From Girardia tigrina (Eukaryota), in assembly GCA_001938485.1 (NCBI GenBank), contig MQRK01250436.1, positions 1-52,315 on the forward strand: a DNA stretch of 52,315 nt, given 5' to 3'. The number at the start of each line of letters is the position of its first letter. Positions within the stretch are counted from its first letter, which is position 1. The notes under the pieces were generated by a model that was given only the letters and a program-made list of their open reading frames with translations, had not been told where the DNA came from and searched no databases. Both the position numbers and the translations under genes were made by a program. This document shows, in pieces, positions 37,110 through 50,902 of this stretch.

Positions 37110-38140
37110 CGATTACCAACAAAAGTGATCCTTTATATGGCACAGTAAAAAATGGAATTTCGGAATTTAAACGTTGTCGTAAAAGCATTGAAGATAAACC
37201 ACGTAGTGGGCTTCAAAAACTGCGCCAACACAATAAATCGTTGATGAAGTGCATGATATGGTGTTAGATTATCGGCGTGTCAAAGTACGTGAAATAGCTG
37301 ATGCCATGAGCATCTCAAAAGATAGAGTTGTATATATTTTGCATTAAGAATTACACATAAAATAGCTTTGTGCAAGATTGGTGCCACTTTGTTAATGATC
37401 AATCAAAAATGCTTTCGAATGAGAAATTCTCAAGCTTGTTTGGATCGTTTTAGACAAAATAAAGTTGTTTTTAAACATCATTTCATGACTGTTGATGAAA
37501 CAGGGATCCACCATTATACACCAGAAAAAAACAACAGTCAAAACAATGGATTGAAGCTGATGAAAGTGCACCAAAGAAGGTTAAAACAGTTCAATCAACC
37601 AAAGAGGTTAAGACAACAATTCTATGGGATTACAAAGTTGTTTTATTGATCGAGTATCTTGAGAAAGATAAAACGGTCAACTTAGAATATTACTCAAGAC
37701 TTTTGTATCAACTGGATGCAATAATTCGTGAGAAAAGACATGGTTTGACGAAGAAAAAAAAATCATTTTTCATCAAGACAATGCACCTGCTCACAAAAGT
37801 GGTTTGACGATTGCTAGATTGAATGAATTGAAGTACAGATTAGTTGATCATCCACCGTATTCACCAGATTTGGCTCGTAGTGACTATTATTTGTTTCCTA
37901 ACCTAAAAGAGTGCCTTGCTGGAAAGCGTTTTACATCAAATGATGAAGCTATTTAAGCTGTAAACGGTTATTTTGCAGAGCTCGAGGAAAATCTTTTTAA
38001 TCAAGAGATAGAATTGATAGAAAAACGTTTAAATAACTGTATTAATATTTTGGTAGATTATATTGAAAAATAAATATATATCTTCAAACTTAACTTTTGT
38101 TTTTCGTTGTTAGGCTAAGAACTTTTCGGATAGCCCATGC
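37110..38140 (+). mobile_element. mariner (irritans/Himar-like) transposase, decayed
   Basis: ARLVP.LL, TVDETGIHHY, HQDNAPAH, HPPYSPDLARSDYYLFPNLK, G.YIEK*; many frameshifts. Confidence 0.92.
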
Positions 38141-40122
38141 ATATTATTATTTTAATTTTTTTTTGATATCAAATAATTTAAGAAACAAAATTTGTGTAAA
38201 TTTATTTTCTCGGTGAATATTATTTCTTTTAATTAAATTTTATATTCCATAAAAAATAAATCAACATATTTGCACATTTCTTCGTTTTCTCTGTTTCATT
38301 TATCACACAAAATTTTATCAAAATGTTGTTTTTTAGTCTGAATCGATTTTACGAAAAGTGTTCGGAATAATGAAAATGAATTTTTCGAGGGTCAAATGTC
38401 AACATCTGTAAATAATCTTTTGATAATTTAATATGATTTAGACAATAATTTGAATAAATACTTTACTATTTTATTCTGAAGTGATTTTATTTCCTAGTAA
38501 TAAAAATATCAGTAAAAGATGCTTTAAAATTTTAAACATTTCAAAAATAATTAAATATTAATACATATTTTTATTCATTTTAGATTATATAATTATATGC
38601 AAATTTACAAGATTACAAACGATAATAGGAAAATAAAATTTCGTTTGGTATAAATTTTCATTGCTTGAACATAAAATCTCTTAAGACCAAAATAATAACC
38701 AATTTATTCAAAGAAATGTGTATATAATTGTATAATTTGAAATGGATCAAGGGAAGTATTAATATTTAATTATTTTTGATTTGTATATGCGCAGAAATAA
38801 AATGTTTAAAATATTTTTTTTCAATAATAATAATATAAATAATAATAATTATAATAATAGTTTTGGAATTTCAAGCTTCGTTTATATTTATATTTGTTGT
38901 TTTTTTATTTATATACCAAAAATATCTTTTAATGTCCAAAGACAATTTTTCAATTTCGATGAAATAATACGTAAATAATATTATAATAATTAAACGAATT
39001 TAAATAACTAAAAAATAAAGAAATTAATATTAATAAAAAATAATTATCACAATAATTTAATTCAAATCCAGACAAAGACTTCTTTTTCTGTATCTGAGTA
39101 TTGATCGAGCTTAAAAAGTTTGAAGTTGGCAATGACTTATCGAATCGATCGAGATATCAAATGACTCCCTCTGATTGGTTAGCCAATCAGATTGAGTGGT
39201 CAATCATTCGAATTTATAACAATTAAATGAATTTGTGATATTTGAACGATCTGAATTAATGATTGAAGATTTTTGATAATTTTTGATGATCTAAATTATT
39301 GCTGACTAATTTAATATTTGTTGACGATCTGAAATTTTGAAGAAAATATATTTAATCGAATTAACAAATTTTGTTTGAAAGAATTTAAAACTGCTTTTTT
39401 TGTATGTGAAAGAAGCTTTGTCAAAAATATGCAAATAAATTAATACAATGAATTACCAATAACTTAAAAATAGACGCAGCGCCACGAATACCATAATTCT
39501 GGTAACATTGATAAGTCGTTTTGGCAACTTGGAGACTGCTGAAGAGATAATAAATAGAAGAGTAAAAAGAAAAAAGAAAAAAAATGAAAGGCAAATTGCA
39601 GCAACAATTTATTATTTTTTGAAAATTTATTTATGTTTATTTGTGGTTTTTAACGGCCATGTCATTGCAAATGAATATAACGGTTTTGAAATCAAAGTAT
39701 CTTTAAAAACTATAATAATCTTGAAGATTTATATCCATTACACTTATTTTTGTAAATGAGATCCGAATAAAGTAATTATGGCGATAAAAATTTACTTATG
39801 CAATAATTTTTGAACATTCTTCAAGTTTATTCTGTTAATGGAAAACTTTTTTAAGAGTTAATAATCTAATAATGATCTAATGTGATACAATTATCTTTCT
39901 TAACACTTTATACTTTCTACGTTTATTATCAAATTGGATTGATTTGACTTTAAGTTGTTATATACGATTCTTGATAAACATATTAATAAATAACTGATAC
40001 ATACGAAGCTGTCGAATTCACAGCAAAGATGATAAATGCGTTTGGTATTTGATCTTGAGGTTTCAAAAACTTGTATAAATATTTTATTTATATTCATCAT
40101 AAAACCATTTTATATAAGGCAT

Positions 40123-40235
40123 TGTGAGGAATATATTGAATGTTTGATATTTTGTGTGAATGTTGTATGCTGATTTGGAATTGTGTCTCTCCTACCCAGA
40201 TAGATGATTAATATTTGATTTCTTATTATCTAAAA
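40123..40235 (-). repeat. Repeat family A 3' end
   Basis: TGTGAGGAATAT...TGTCTCTCCTACCCAGAT. Confidence 0.65.
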
Positions 40236-41569
40236 ATATGTAATGTTTAAATTTATTTCTAATTTTAAATAATTGTAAAATTTTAAATAAGTTTATTAAT
40301 TTTATTTACAATTTTCTAATAAATAAATTGAATTAATATTTTTTAAATAAATAATAATCATTTAAATTTTTTATCCCATAAATTTTGAGTAAATATTTTA
40401 ACAATTTATTTAATTCTCCATTTACTCAGATAATAAGATTAAAGCCAATTATTAATAGACTGATGCAATCGTACGAAAGCGTTTTCAAAGATTGTCCTGA
40501 TGACAAACAAAACTTGAGACAATAACAATGTTAAGTCATATTGGTGTTCTAATAGACATATTTTTCGCATTTTCAACAATAGATTTATTATTTTATGGTT
40601 GTCATTTTGTTACTTGAAAATAATTGCTTTATTTTTTAAAGTTTATACGATTTTTTTAAATTTTAGTTGGAAAGCAGAGATCATTTGATTGTTTATATTT
40701 TAATTTTAAATTAAGTCAAATTTAAAAATCAATTTTTAGTTCTTCAAGGTATTTTTATTTGCAAAAATGTTTTATAGTTTAAACGTTTTTGTTTGAATTT
40801 TATATATTGAATATTATTTTTGGTCATAATTTTTCATTTTCAATTCGGTAGTTTTATTAATACTTTAATACTTTATTGAATAACTTATTTAAATTACTAC
40901 GAAATTAGCTCAATATTACTACATCAATAATTTATTTTTCGGAACTATTAGAATGTATTATTGGTAAATGTGAAATTTTATTTATTTTGATACTGAATTG
41001 CAAATATTCTTCATTATATTTTTGAAATAGTATTATGAATATTATTATTTACCTTCATAAGGTAAAATCTGTAGTTTTTGACATTATAAGTCTAACAATC
41101 AATGTTGTTAATATTAATAATTTATCAAAAATGTACGTCGGCGTATTTAGTATTTGATAAACACAGGAAATGTAATATAAATTATATAAAATTGTCTTCA
41201 AAGATAATTATTTAATAATAATATTATAATTTCAATTAGCAAATAACATTGAATCTGAGTAAATTACAAAAAATGATGAAAGTCATAATTTAATTATTTT
41301 AATAAAATTTTATTATTTTATCGTTATATGTATTTGTGCATCTTTCAATTCATTTTTTTGTTTTAGAAGGGAAAAAAGACGTTAAAAATTTATATATATA
41401 GTTTTTTATTTACAATTTGTCATAATATAAAATGAGACATGTGCAAAAAATGTTTTCGTTACAAAAATATATAATAAATTTAAAGCTTTTTTTATATTAA
41501 AAAAAACAATTAAAAAACAAACATTTAAAAAACAATTAAAATAAGAAAATACTGAAGAATACAAACAAA

Positions 41570-41763
41570 TCATTAAAATTCCATATTCTGAAGGATTTAG
41601 AGGGTTTAAGAAGAGTATTTGTAGAACAATAAGTAGTTCTAAAGTAGTCTCTGTCACATCCAAAGTTCAAAGTTTCCTCTCAAACAAATCGAAAACAGTT
41701 TGTGATTTGGAAGCTAATCTGGTATATAAATTTAATTGTAACAGGTGTCAAAACTCGTACATT
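41570..41763 (+). mobile_element. Penelope-like RT-EN linker and GIY-YIG start, cut by the LINE
   Basis: IKIPY..KVQSFLSNKSKT..LEANLVYKFNCNRCQNSYI. Confidence 0.8.
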
Positions 41764-41771
41764 ACTTACTT

Positions 41772-41885
41772 GGGATATAATGTCGCTCGCCTCCCCGTGG
41801 TGTATCCTGGGAATTAGAAAGAGGGTCTCCTTCCTTTCTAGTAATAGAAGGGGGGGTCCCCTTGATCTAGGCTAAATGAGTGGAC
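41772..41885 (+). ncRNA. HDV-like self-cleaving ribozyme
   Basis: P1 GGGAUAU/GUAUCCU with G1.U wobble, P2 GUCGCUC/GAGUGGAC, P3 GCC/GGU, L3 UCCCCGU, P1.1 GG, long P4 with GUAA loop, J4/2 GCUAA. Confidence 0.85.
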
Positions 41886-44300
41886 GGATCGACGGGGCTA
41901 GCAACCCTATCCTTCGCTAAGACATAGCTTTTAAAACTCAAACAAGGGGTCTGGAAGGACCCGAAGTCATTAANCTCCCGAGAGGGGGATCCCTCGTTAA
42001 GGATTCCACTTGCAGTGGACTGAGGGTTGGAACCTGGAATGTTCGAGGCTTAACCGATGAAAAGATACTAAACATCGTCAGTATCTTCGAAAAACTGAAA
42101 ATTGATATGTGTCAGAGACGCACTGGACCGGAACCGACATTGCCTCTTTCGGGGATTGGAGGATCCATCATAGTGGCAGTACGAGTAGCATAAGGGAAAA
42201 ATCTGGGGATTCAATGAACATCGAATTTGAAGCGATCAGTGAGAGTGTTCCTCTGTCATATACCCCAAAGGTCGATCACAGTGGTGGGGATATACGTTCC
42301 GACTGACAGCGGACACTCAAGTGAAGAAAAGGAAGAGTTCTTCGCATTACTGCAAGAACACGTCGAAAGGGCGACGACTGAGGCTGAAAAGAGGAAACAC
42401 GAACTGATAGTTGGAGGTGACTTCAACTGTCGACTTAATCGGACGGAGGAAAACGGAAAGACTGTCGGGTGTTACACTAGTTCAACAGTAACATCAGAAA
42501 ACGGAGATCTTTTAATAGATCTTGCTGACGCGTGCAACTTACGGGAACAGAACACCTTCTACAAACATAAGTTGGCACAGAGGACTAGCTGGACACACCC
42601 GTCAACGAGAAAAAGACTACTACTGGACTTATTCCTGTCGCAAAAGAGCAGATGCAACAGGATAAGCAATGTCAAAAGCTACCAGAATTTTGACTGCGGC
42701 TCTGACCACGACTTAGTCGTGTTAACGCCAACAACAATAAGGTACTCAAGTTGGCGAATGATAAAAGAAAGAAAAGAAAAGGAAAAATTGACAGATTCTC
42801 CTTGGAGAACAACAAAGTGGCCATTAGTAGTGACATAGGACAGGCTTGTCCAAATGTCGAGAGCTGAGATGATGTGGAGAAGGTCATTTTGAAGACCTCA
42901 GAAAGATACAGAAAGAAAAAAGTCCCGCTCAATCAGAGGTGGCTACAGGGACATCTAGAATGGCTGAAATCACTATTGCAGGAAAAATGGAAGCGAAGGA
43001 AAGAATACATTCAGAATAGATGTGAAAGAACATATTCCACGTGGAAGGCTACAAGACTGAACACCTTGCGGCATCTCAGGAAATGGAAAAGAGAGAGGAT
43101 TGAGGGAATTGGACAAGAAATAGAAAGAATCCTCAACAGAGAGTGTATGGGCAAGACTTCTGAGTTATGGATCACTCATAACTGGGGCGGTTGTCAGTTG
43201 ACTGAGAAGATACAGCAATGTTTCGTGGACATGTGGGAGGAAAGAGCAGAATTCCTGGAGGCCTGGAAAACGGCGAAAGTCGAGATCCTATACAAAGGAA
43301 AGGATTCCAAGAAGGAATTGAATAATTATAGAGGTATATTCCTACTTGATGTAGGAGGAAAGATCATGGCCCGAATCATTGCAAATAGATTACTGCCACA
43401 TCTCGAAAGGATACTGGACGACTGGCAATTTGGTTTCAGACCAAACAGAAGCACCGCGCATGCGATTGGTATCTTACGAAAGATACAAGAAGAGGCCAGA
43501 TACCGGAACATAAACGTATTTGCAATTTTTATCGATCTTGAAAAGGCATTTGACAGTGTACCCAGGAAAGTTCTCTGGGATTGCCTTCAAGGAATTGGAA
43601 TACAGGATCGGATGCTAAGTATCATCATGAAATTTCATGAAGGTTTCACGGGAAGNNNNNNNNNNNNNNNNNNNNNNNNNNNNNNNNNNNNNNNNNNNNN
43701 NNNNNAGCATTGGAAAGGATAAATTCAGTATGGACAAAGGAGTCCATCAGGGTTGCGTATTGGGTCCTCTACTATTCAACCTTGTCTTTGATCATGCAAT
43801 TAAGACCGCGATCAAAGAAGGACTTATCAAGTGGTGTGAAACTAAAATACAATGGGGAAGAGCTGACCGTGAACAGACTTGCTTATGCAGACGACCTGTG
43901 TTTACTGGACGAAGACTATGGAAATATCAAACGGAATCTCACGTGTCTCAATACTGTGTTCTTGAATATGGGGCTCAAAATCAACATTGGGAAAACAAAG
44001 ATCCTGAATCTCAATGGAGCAAAGTACATTACGGCAAGAGACGAGCTGAATGCCGGAATAGAATGGGTGGACGAATTCTGCTACCTGAGATCGATAATTG
44101 AAAGTGGAGGAAGCTCAGGTACGGACATCAAAGCCAGAATTCAGAAAGGAGCAGCAAAATTACGGACGATCAGACCAGTGTTGAAGAACAACAAATTGTC
44201 TCTCCGGAATAAGAAGAACATAATTAACAGCTGTGTCTTCCCGGTGGTTTACTACAGCTGTGAAAACTGGAGGACAAATGAAGTACACGTGAAAAAGCTA
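41772..44300 (+). mobile_element. RTE-like LINE (APE endonuclease plus RT), frameshifted, 3'-truncated
   Basis: VGTWNVRGL, SETHW, GDFN, SDH; YRGIFLL, QFGFR, FIDLEKAFDSV, GVHQGCVLGPLLF, YADD, GLKIN..KTK; short 5' UTR, no ORF1. Confidence 0.92.
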
Positions 44301-44496
44301 AAAATTAAAAGCTAATTATAAGTGTTAGGTTGGGAATTAACTTCCATTCTAAATCAAAAAGAAATTAAGACTTGCAAAAATTTATTCAAACTACCAAAGG
44401 TTAAATTTGTTATTTAAACAAATTTTCATTTTTTATTTTCTTTTTTTCAAATTTATTTTTCCAATATTTTTTATTTTCGATTATAATTCGAAATTT

Positions 44497-44880
44497 TTAA
44501 GAAACAAATTTCATCTCTTCATCCTGTTTTGATATTGCTAATAACGTAATGTATTTACTGAACTGATCAATATTTCTTTTCCCAGAAGTCTCTTTCAACG
44601 GTCCACAAATATCCACATAAAGACATTCAAAAACCTCAGCAGCTTCTAATTTTATCGTGTTCTCTTTTGCCTTTGCCATATATGTTTCATACTTTTCGCA
44701 TGATTCACAACTGAGTAGAATCTCTTTGATCTTACCTTTCAGCTTGTCAAAATACTTAGAGTCGCTTAAATAATACTCAACTTTTCTTGCACCCGCATGT
44801 GCCAACATTCGATGGGTTTCCCAGATAATATCTTCGAGTGACTTTGTGGTTTCATCTTCTGATACAACGTCCAGTGCACG
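44497..44880 (-). mobile_element. Gypsy integrase zinc finger and start of core
   Basis: H....HAG....CESC, VDICGPL, IDQFSKY. Confidence 0.85.
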
Positions 44881-46178
44881 TGTCTTGATTTTTTCTTATT
44901 TAAGTGATCCGTCGAAATTAATCACATTTTTAAAAATAAAAATTTTGAAAATTTTAATGGTGTTTTAATTAAATGCTAATATTATTGTGTTAATGTTGTC
45001 TTTCTTCGCTTCTTCATGTCTCATATTGATAGATAATTCGCAAGAATTTCTATAAATTGCATGTCTTGACCTCTTCCAATATTCCAATTTCATATAAAAA
45101 ACATGTAAACTTCATCGATTTCTGAACTTATGACGTTATTATAGTTTTATAGTCGTCATAAGAGTGATTAAAAATATATCAAAAAAATCTTTTTATCACA
45201 TTAAAAGCGTTTAAAAATTGTTTGAAGAAGTAAATTTGAAAAAAAAAACGAAACAGATCGTTTCATGTAATAAAATATCCAAGTTTGTGTTTTCTGCAAT
45301 CTTCATTCACTCTTTCTTTTCCATAAGTCTTTATTTATTTAAAATAAATAATTTATCAAGACCAGAATTTGTCAAAATTGGTGCTTCAAAAATTGTTTTT
45401 CTTTTAATTAAATTAAAAAATTAAAATTTAGAATTATTTTGTTTTTTATTTCTAAACCAGAAATAATTAATGATTAAATTTATTAATCATAAATGTAATT
45501 TTAAATATTTTTTTATTTTTTTAAAGGAAAACCTGTATTTTCTTATCTTTACATATGCTGATCGCCATCGATGCAAAATACATATAATAAATCCTTAAAA
45601 ATAATTAATTTATTTTTTCTTTAATAAAAAAATAAATTGCATTTTTTTTAATGTTGATAAAAATAAAACAGTTATTTGTAAATTTTGCTGTTTATATTCA
45701 TGCTCTTTTTTGTTCACATGTAAATTAAACAGTAAATTAATAACTTAGTATTTAATTAAATTATTATTTTCCTCTAACCCTGTCTAGGTCATTAAAATAT
45801 TTACTTTATTTGTCGAAATAATGACACAGAATAACTAATTTAATTATATTATATTTTATTTTTTATAACCGTATCTTTAAGAGTATGCATATATATTATA
45901 ATTTCTTATCTTTTAAAGATATTGATTTTATCATTATCATACAAAAATGTAGAAAAAGAACCATTGAAGATATAAATAATATATAATCAACTGTTCATAT
46001 GAACGTAACTTATACTTTTGTGGGAAGAATATAACATTGTCGAATGATTAAAGAGAATGGATGTCTGCATAACATAACAGTCATTGTAATTTAATGATAT
46101 TTTTAAAGTTATCATTATTTAAATGGTTGAATTAAGCGTATTTCTTTTACACATTTTCCTAGGAAAAGAATTAAACTA

Positions 46179-47492
46179 ACGGGTGCGCAGGCAAAATCTG
46201 GACAAATTTTAAACCACCATTGTGAAAAGACGAAATAAAATTTCCAGAAGCTGTTTATATTTTATTGAAGGGCAAGATGTAAGGAACAAAAAATGTTTAC
46301 AGAATAATTGAAAGTGGTCCGTCTCTATACACTTATCGAAGGCGTTTCTTAATCCCTTTGAAGTCCTTCCGCAACGTGGACTGATCCATTGTTTTCAATA
46401 TTTTCTTAATCCGTTGTTGTAGTTGATGGATTGTTTGAGCCTCCCAGCCTCCCTCATACACTTTCGCCTTTAGAACGCCCAAAAAGTTCTCAATGGGGCG
46501 GTAGTGTGGGACGTTGTGAGGATTACACTCCTTGTCAACGAAGGGGATGTTGAGATGATGGAGAAGTTTGAGAGTGCTGTTGGCATAATGTGCAGAAGCC
46601 AGGTCCGGCCAGAAGAGAATTTCGTCATCTCGATGATATTTCATGATAAACTTCATCAGAACTTGTCTGATTCACTGCTCTTGATAGAAATCGGTATGTA
46701 CACTGTTTGGCCTCTGCAAAAATATAGGATCACTGATGTGGTCTGCGGAGACACAAAGCCAAACCATCAGCTGAACAGGGAACTTTCTTTCTGTTCTATA
46801 TTTGACTTGTTCAGTAGCAGATTTAGGACTCGAAGTAAAGTAGGGATCATTTCCTGGTAGATAATCACATTTCAATTTGATGTAGCTCTCATCGTCCATG
46901 ATGATTTTTTTATCACTCAAACTTCGGAGTAATTTCCCTGCTCTCAGCTTCACTGGCTTTACTGGCTCCTCTGAGTACTGAAGAGCCTTCTTTCTCTTTC
47001 GGCATTTTAGACCGCCATCCTTGATAATATTCCTCATCGTCGTGGCACAGACACCATACTTGCTGACTTCACGTCTGAGAGATACACCACGCTTTTTTTG
47101 AATCCATCTCCGAATACTTGCGCGCTGTTGATTTGTTAACTTTTTATTTTGGCCTCCATTCCTGGCTTCCTGTGCTCATTTGAACTCTTGGAGAGGTTTG
47201 AGTGAAGCGTATAAATGGTAGACCGTGCACAACCTTCATTCACAAAGTAGTTTACAGTGAAGGCTTTCCCATTTAAAAAGTTCAGCTACCAAAAGTTGCA
47301 AACTCTCTCACGGAGCTGTTGCTCTGTCGTGTCTTTTCTGAGAAAATGAATGCCGAGAGGATGAAGAAATATTATGCCAGAAACCCCCTACCCAATGTGA
47401 TTCATGCTGCAATTTGATTGGATGTTCCATTTATTTTTAATTTACTGATAGTATGCATTTTTCATATGTCCAGATTTTGCCTGCGCGCCCGT
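46179..47492 (-). mobile_element. DD37E-type Tc1/mariner transposon, disrupted
   Basis: TIR ACGGG(T/C)GCGCAGGCAAAATCTGGACA, TA flanks; MDDESY, FWPDLASAHY, NPHNVPHYRPIENF. Confidence 0.92.
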
Positions 47493-48430
47493 TATGTTAA
47501 ACTATGTTAGCGTGATCAATGTTGTATGAAGTTCTACAGTCCAAACGACATTGTGTATCTAAAGCACATCTTTTCTATAGTTATATTTAATAAATGGTGG
47601 TTGATCCGGCCGATCCCCAGGTTTCGCCGAAGACCGGTCGATGGGGGAGCAAGGGAAATTAATGAAGGAACATTGTCTCATAGTGCTATTATTATATTTT
47701 TTTGTATTCAAAAAATCTTCAAAAAGTATTTTTAAAAGAAAAAACTTTGTTTTATTTATAAATTGAATTTTCTATATCTCAATTACAACTTTCAATAATA
47801 CAATTGGTATATAAAAAAGCTCCAAGAAATAATAATACAACAATTTTGATTTCGTTCTTTATCATAAAAATATTTAATTTCTTTATCGTTCAGTTCAGAT
47901 ATTCTTTTATTCAGATTCAGTAATTAAATCGTTCAGATTCAACGATTTTATCAATTCAAATTCAACAATTTCAGCCTTTTCATTAATTCAAAAAATCTGA
48001 GATGCAACCAAAAAATATTTCAAAATAAAATAATTGTAACCATCAAAAAAGAATAAAATTTTCGATAATAAAATTTTCAATCGATTCGCATAAATTTTTC
48101 GACAAATAATTCATTAAAATCTCTCTTGTCACAAACCCAAAAAACCTTCAAATCAAATCATCTTTTAGAAAAATTTAAAGTAACAGAATCACTATTTTCC
48201 CACTCTCGCTCTGATTAGTGAACCAATTAGAGCGAGAATTTCACAGATCCGGCCAGTAATTGACTCACATACATATGCTGGCTCAATCATTCGCATTCGA
48301 TCATTCATGCTCAGTTATCCGACACGAATCTGGCAATATCGGAACACGCCATACAAACTGGTGGAGAAAAAATTAATATTCGATATTTCGAACAAATGAG
48401 TCACGTGACTCAATAAAATTGATTATTTTA

Positions 48431-49588
48431 TTAGGTGTACAAGTATGAAATGCGGATTTCAGAAAACGGATTGTGCACAATGCAAAAAGTAGGTCAATGG
48501 TTAGGCAATGATGTCATAATATTGAGTAATTATGTAGTGTNNNNNNNNNNNNNNNNNNNNNNNNNNNNNNNNNNNNNNNNNNNNNNNNNNNNNNNNNNNN
48601 NNNNNNNNNNNNNNNNNNNNNNNNNNNNNNNNNNNNNNNNNNNNNNNNNNNNNNNNNNNNNNNNNNNNNNNNNNNNNNNNNNNNNNNNNNNNNNNNNNNN
48701 NNNNNNNNNNNNNNNNNNNNNNNNNNNNNNNNNNNNNNNNNNNNNNNNNNNNNNNNNNNNNNNNNNNNNNNNNNNNNNNNNNNNNNNNNNNNNNNNNNNN
48801 NNNNNNNNNNNNNNNNNNNNNNNNNNNNNNNNNNNNNNNNNNNNNNNNNNNNNNNNNNNNNNNNNNNNNNNNNNNNNNNNNNNNNNNNNNNNNNNNNNNN
48901 NNNNNNNNNNNNNNNNNNNNNNNNNNNNNNNNNNNNNNNNNNNNNNNNNNNNNNNNNNNNNNNNNNNNNNNNNNNNNNNNNNNNNNNNNNNNNNNNNNNN
49001 NNNNNNNNNNNNNNNNNNNNNNNNNNNNNNNNNNNNNNNNNNNNNNNNNNNNNNNNNNNNNNNNNNNNNNNNNNNNNNNNNNNNNNNNNNNNNNNNNNNN
49101 NNNNNNNNNNNNNNNNNNNNNNNNNNNNNNNNNNNNNNNNNNNNNNNNNNNNNNNNNNNNNNNNNNNNNNNNNNNNNNNNNNNNNNNNNNNNNNNNNNNN
49201 NNNNNNNNNNNNNNNNNNNNNNNNNNNNNNNNNNNNNNNNNNNNNNNNNNNNNNNNNNNNNNNNNNNNNNNNNNNNNNNNNNNNNNNNNNNNNNNNNNNN
49301 NNNNNNNNNNNNNNNNNNNNNNNNNNNNNNNNNNNNNNNNNNNNNNNNNNNNNNNNNNNNNNNNNNNNNNNNNNNNNNNNNNNNNNNNNNNNNNNNNNNN
49401 NNNNNNNNNNNNNNNNNNNNNNNNNNNNNNNNNNNNNNNNNNNNNNNNATCCACAATTTGAGATATAGATGGGACAAATGTATCATTAGTAATGGAGCAT
49501 ATTTTGAATAAAGCTTTTTTTATCGTTCTTTTGTTTTTAACGTATTTCCTTTCAAAATTTAATCCGCATTTCATACTTGTACACCTAA
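48431..49588 (+). mobile_element. mariner element, mostly gap
   Basis: 28-bp perfect TIR TTAGGTGTACAAGTATGAAATGCGGATT, TA TSD, C-terminus RWDKCIISNGAYFE*. Confidence 0.93.
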
Positions 49589-50532
49589 TATTTGACTCAG
49601 TTTTGGTTCAAAATTTTTTAAAATTATTTATTTAAATTTTTACATTGATTTATTCTTTTTATATTTTAATTAATTATTTTGTTTTTTAAATTATTTAAAT
49701 AATTTCTTTTACTTATTTAATCTTTAATGTCATATTAATTATTTACTTTTTACATATATGCAATCAAAAGAGTGATACAATAAATCAGTTAGGGCAAATA
49801 AAAATATCAGTGATTGCCATTTAAAATTTTTTTCATTTAAATTGTCTTGAGGAGATTCTTGATGAAGGGTTAGAATTTAAATTTGAAATATAAATAATGA
49901 TAACAGCACATAATAAAAATAATTTAAATTCCGAACAGTGATCTTGTGTTTTTTGAAAATATTTTTAAAGTTCATGCTTGTAATTGACTTTTTGAATATT
50001 TGTTTTAACTATAAGTATAACATATATTTATATATTTAATGAAATATATTTAATGAAAATTCATATTAAAAATTTTTTATGTTAAATTAATATTAAATTA
50101 TGTTAAATTAATAGTGATTTTACAACTTTATCATTACTTTTTTTCAGTTTTGATTTGTCAAATCGACCTAGAAGCATTTTAACGGCTAAGGAAAATCCAA
50201 TACATGAAAATTTTTTTGTAAGTTAATCCTACATCACCCTCATGTATCAGAAAGAATATTAAAAAAAATATATGAATTCGAAGCAAACATTTAATACATT
50301 TCCAAAATAATGCCTCTTACCACTAGTTACATAACGTCTCATATCGACAACAGATATGATAGTGGTCCCTTCAAATGGAAAATTGCCATAAAAGAGGACA
50401 TTTCAAACTAAATTTCAAATGGAAATAAGAAATTTAAGAAATGTAAAAAATGTAATGAATGATGCTTTACTGTGGACAGAAAAAAGTTTGATAATTAATA
50501 TTTTATAAAATTAATTTGAGGTTGATGGCCCT

Positions 50533-50860
50533 AGGTCTGACCTGTCAACCATGCCACTTTTGATATTTCTGCTTAAATAAAACGAAGAACATTTTTATTA
50601 TATATAAATCAATAAATAATTACGTGGAATTTTATAAATATAAAATTTTGTTCATGGGTAATATAATATAATTCAATCTTCTTTGGCGTGATAATAGGGA
50701 AACACATATCTGTTATTAATGAAATACCATATGGCGCGTGTCCTCATTTCTAATAAAAGAATTAGTTGAACACTAATTTGGTAAAAAACGTAGACTTCTT
50801 CAAAAATGATAGAATTTGTAAAAATACATATATTTTAAATATATTTTAAAGAGGAAAACC

Positions 50861-50902
<42 letters not shown>

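Noticed and set aside
38781-41663. Short F/I/L/N/K-rich ORFs (also 4596, 5453, 8586, 23032, 23609, 45218)
   Set aside because: Low-complexity translations of AT-rich DNA with no recognisable motifs; 41406 is antisense to a Penelope fragment
14041-49574. Long ORFs of 300+ aa in the ORF track (14041, 14084, 19218, 48435, 48501, 48530)
   Set aside because: Artefacts of N runs; only the short transposase ends beside the gaps are informative
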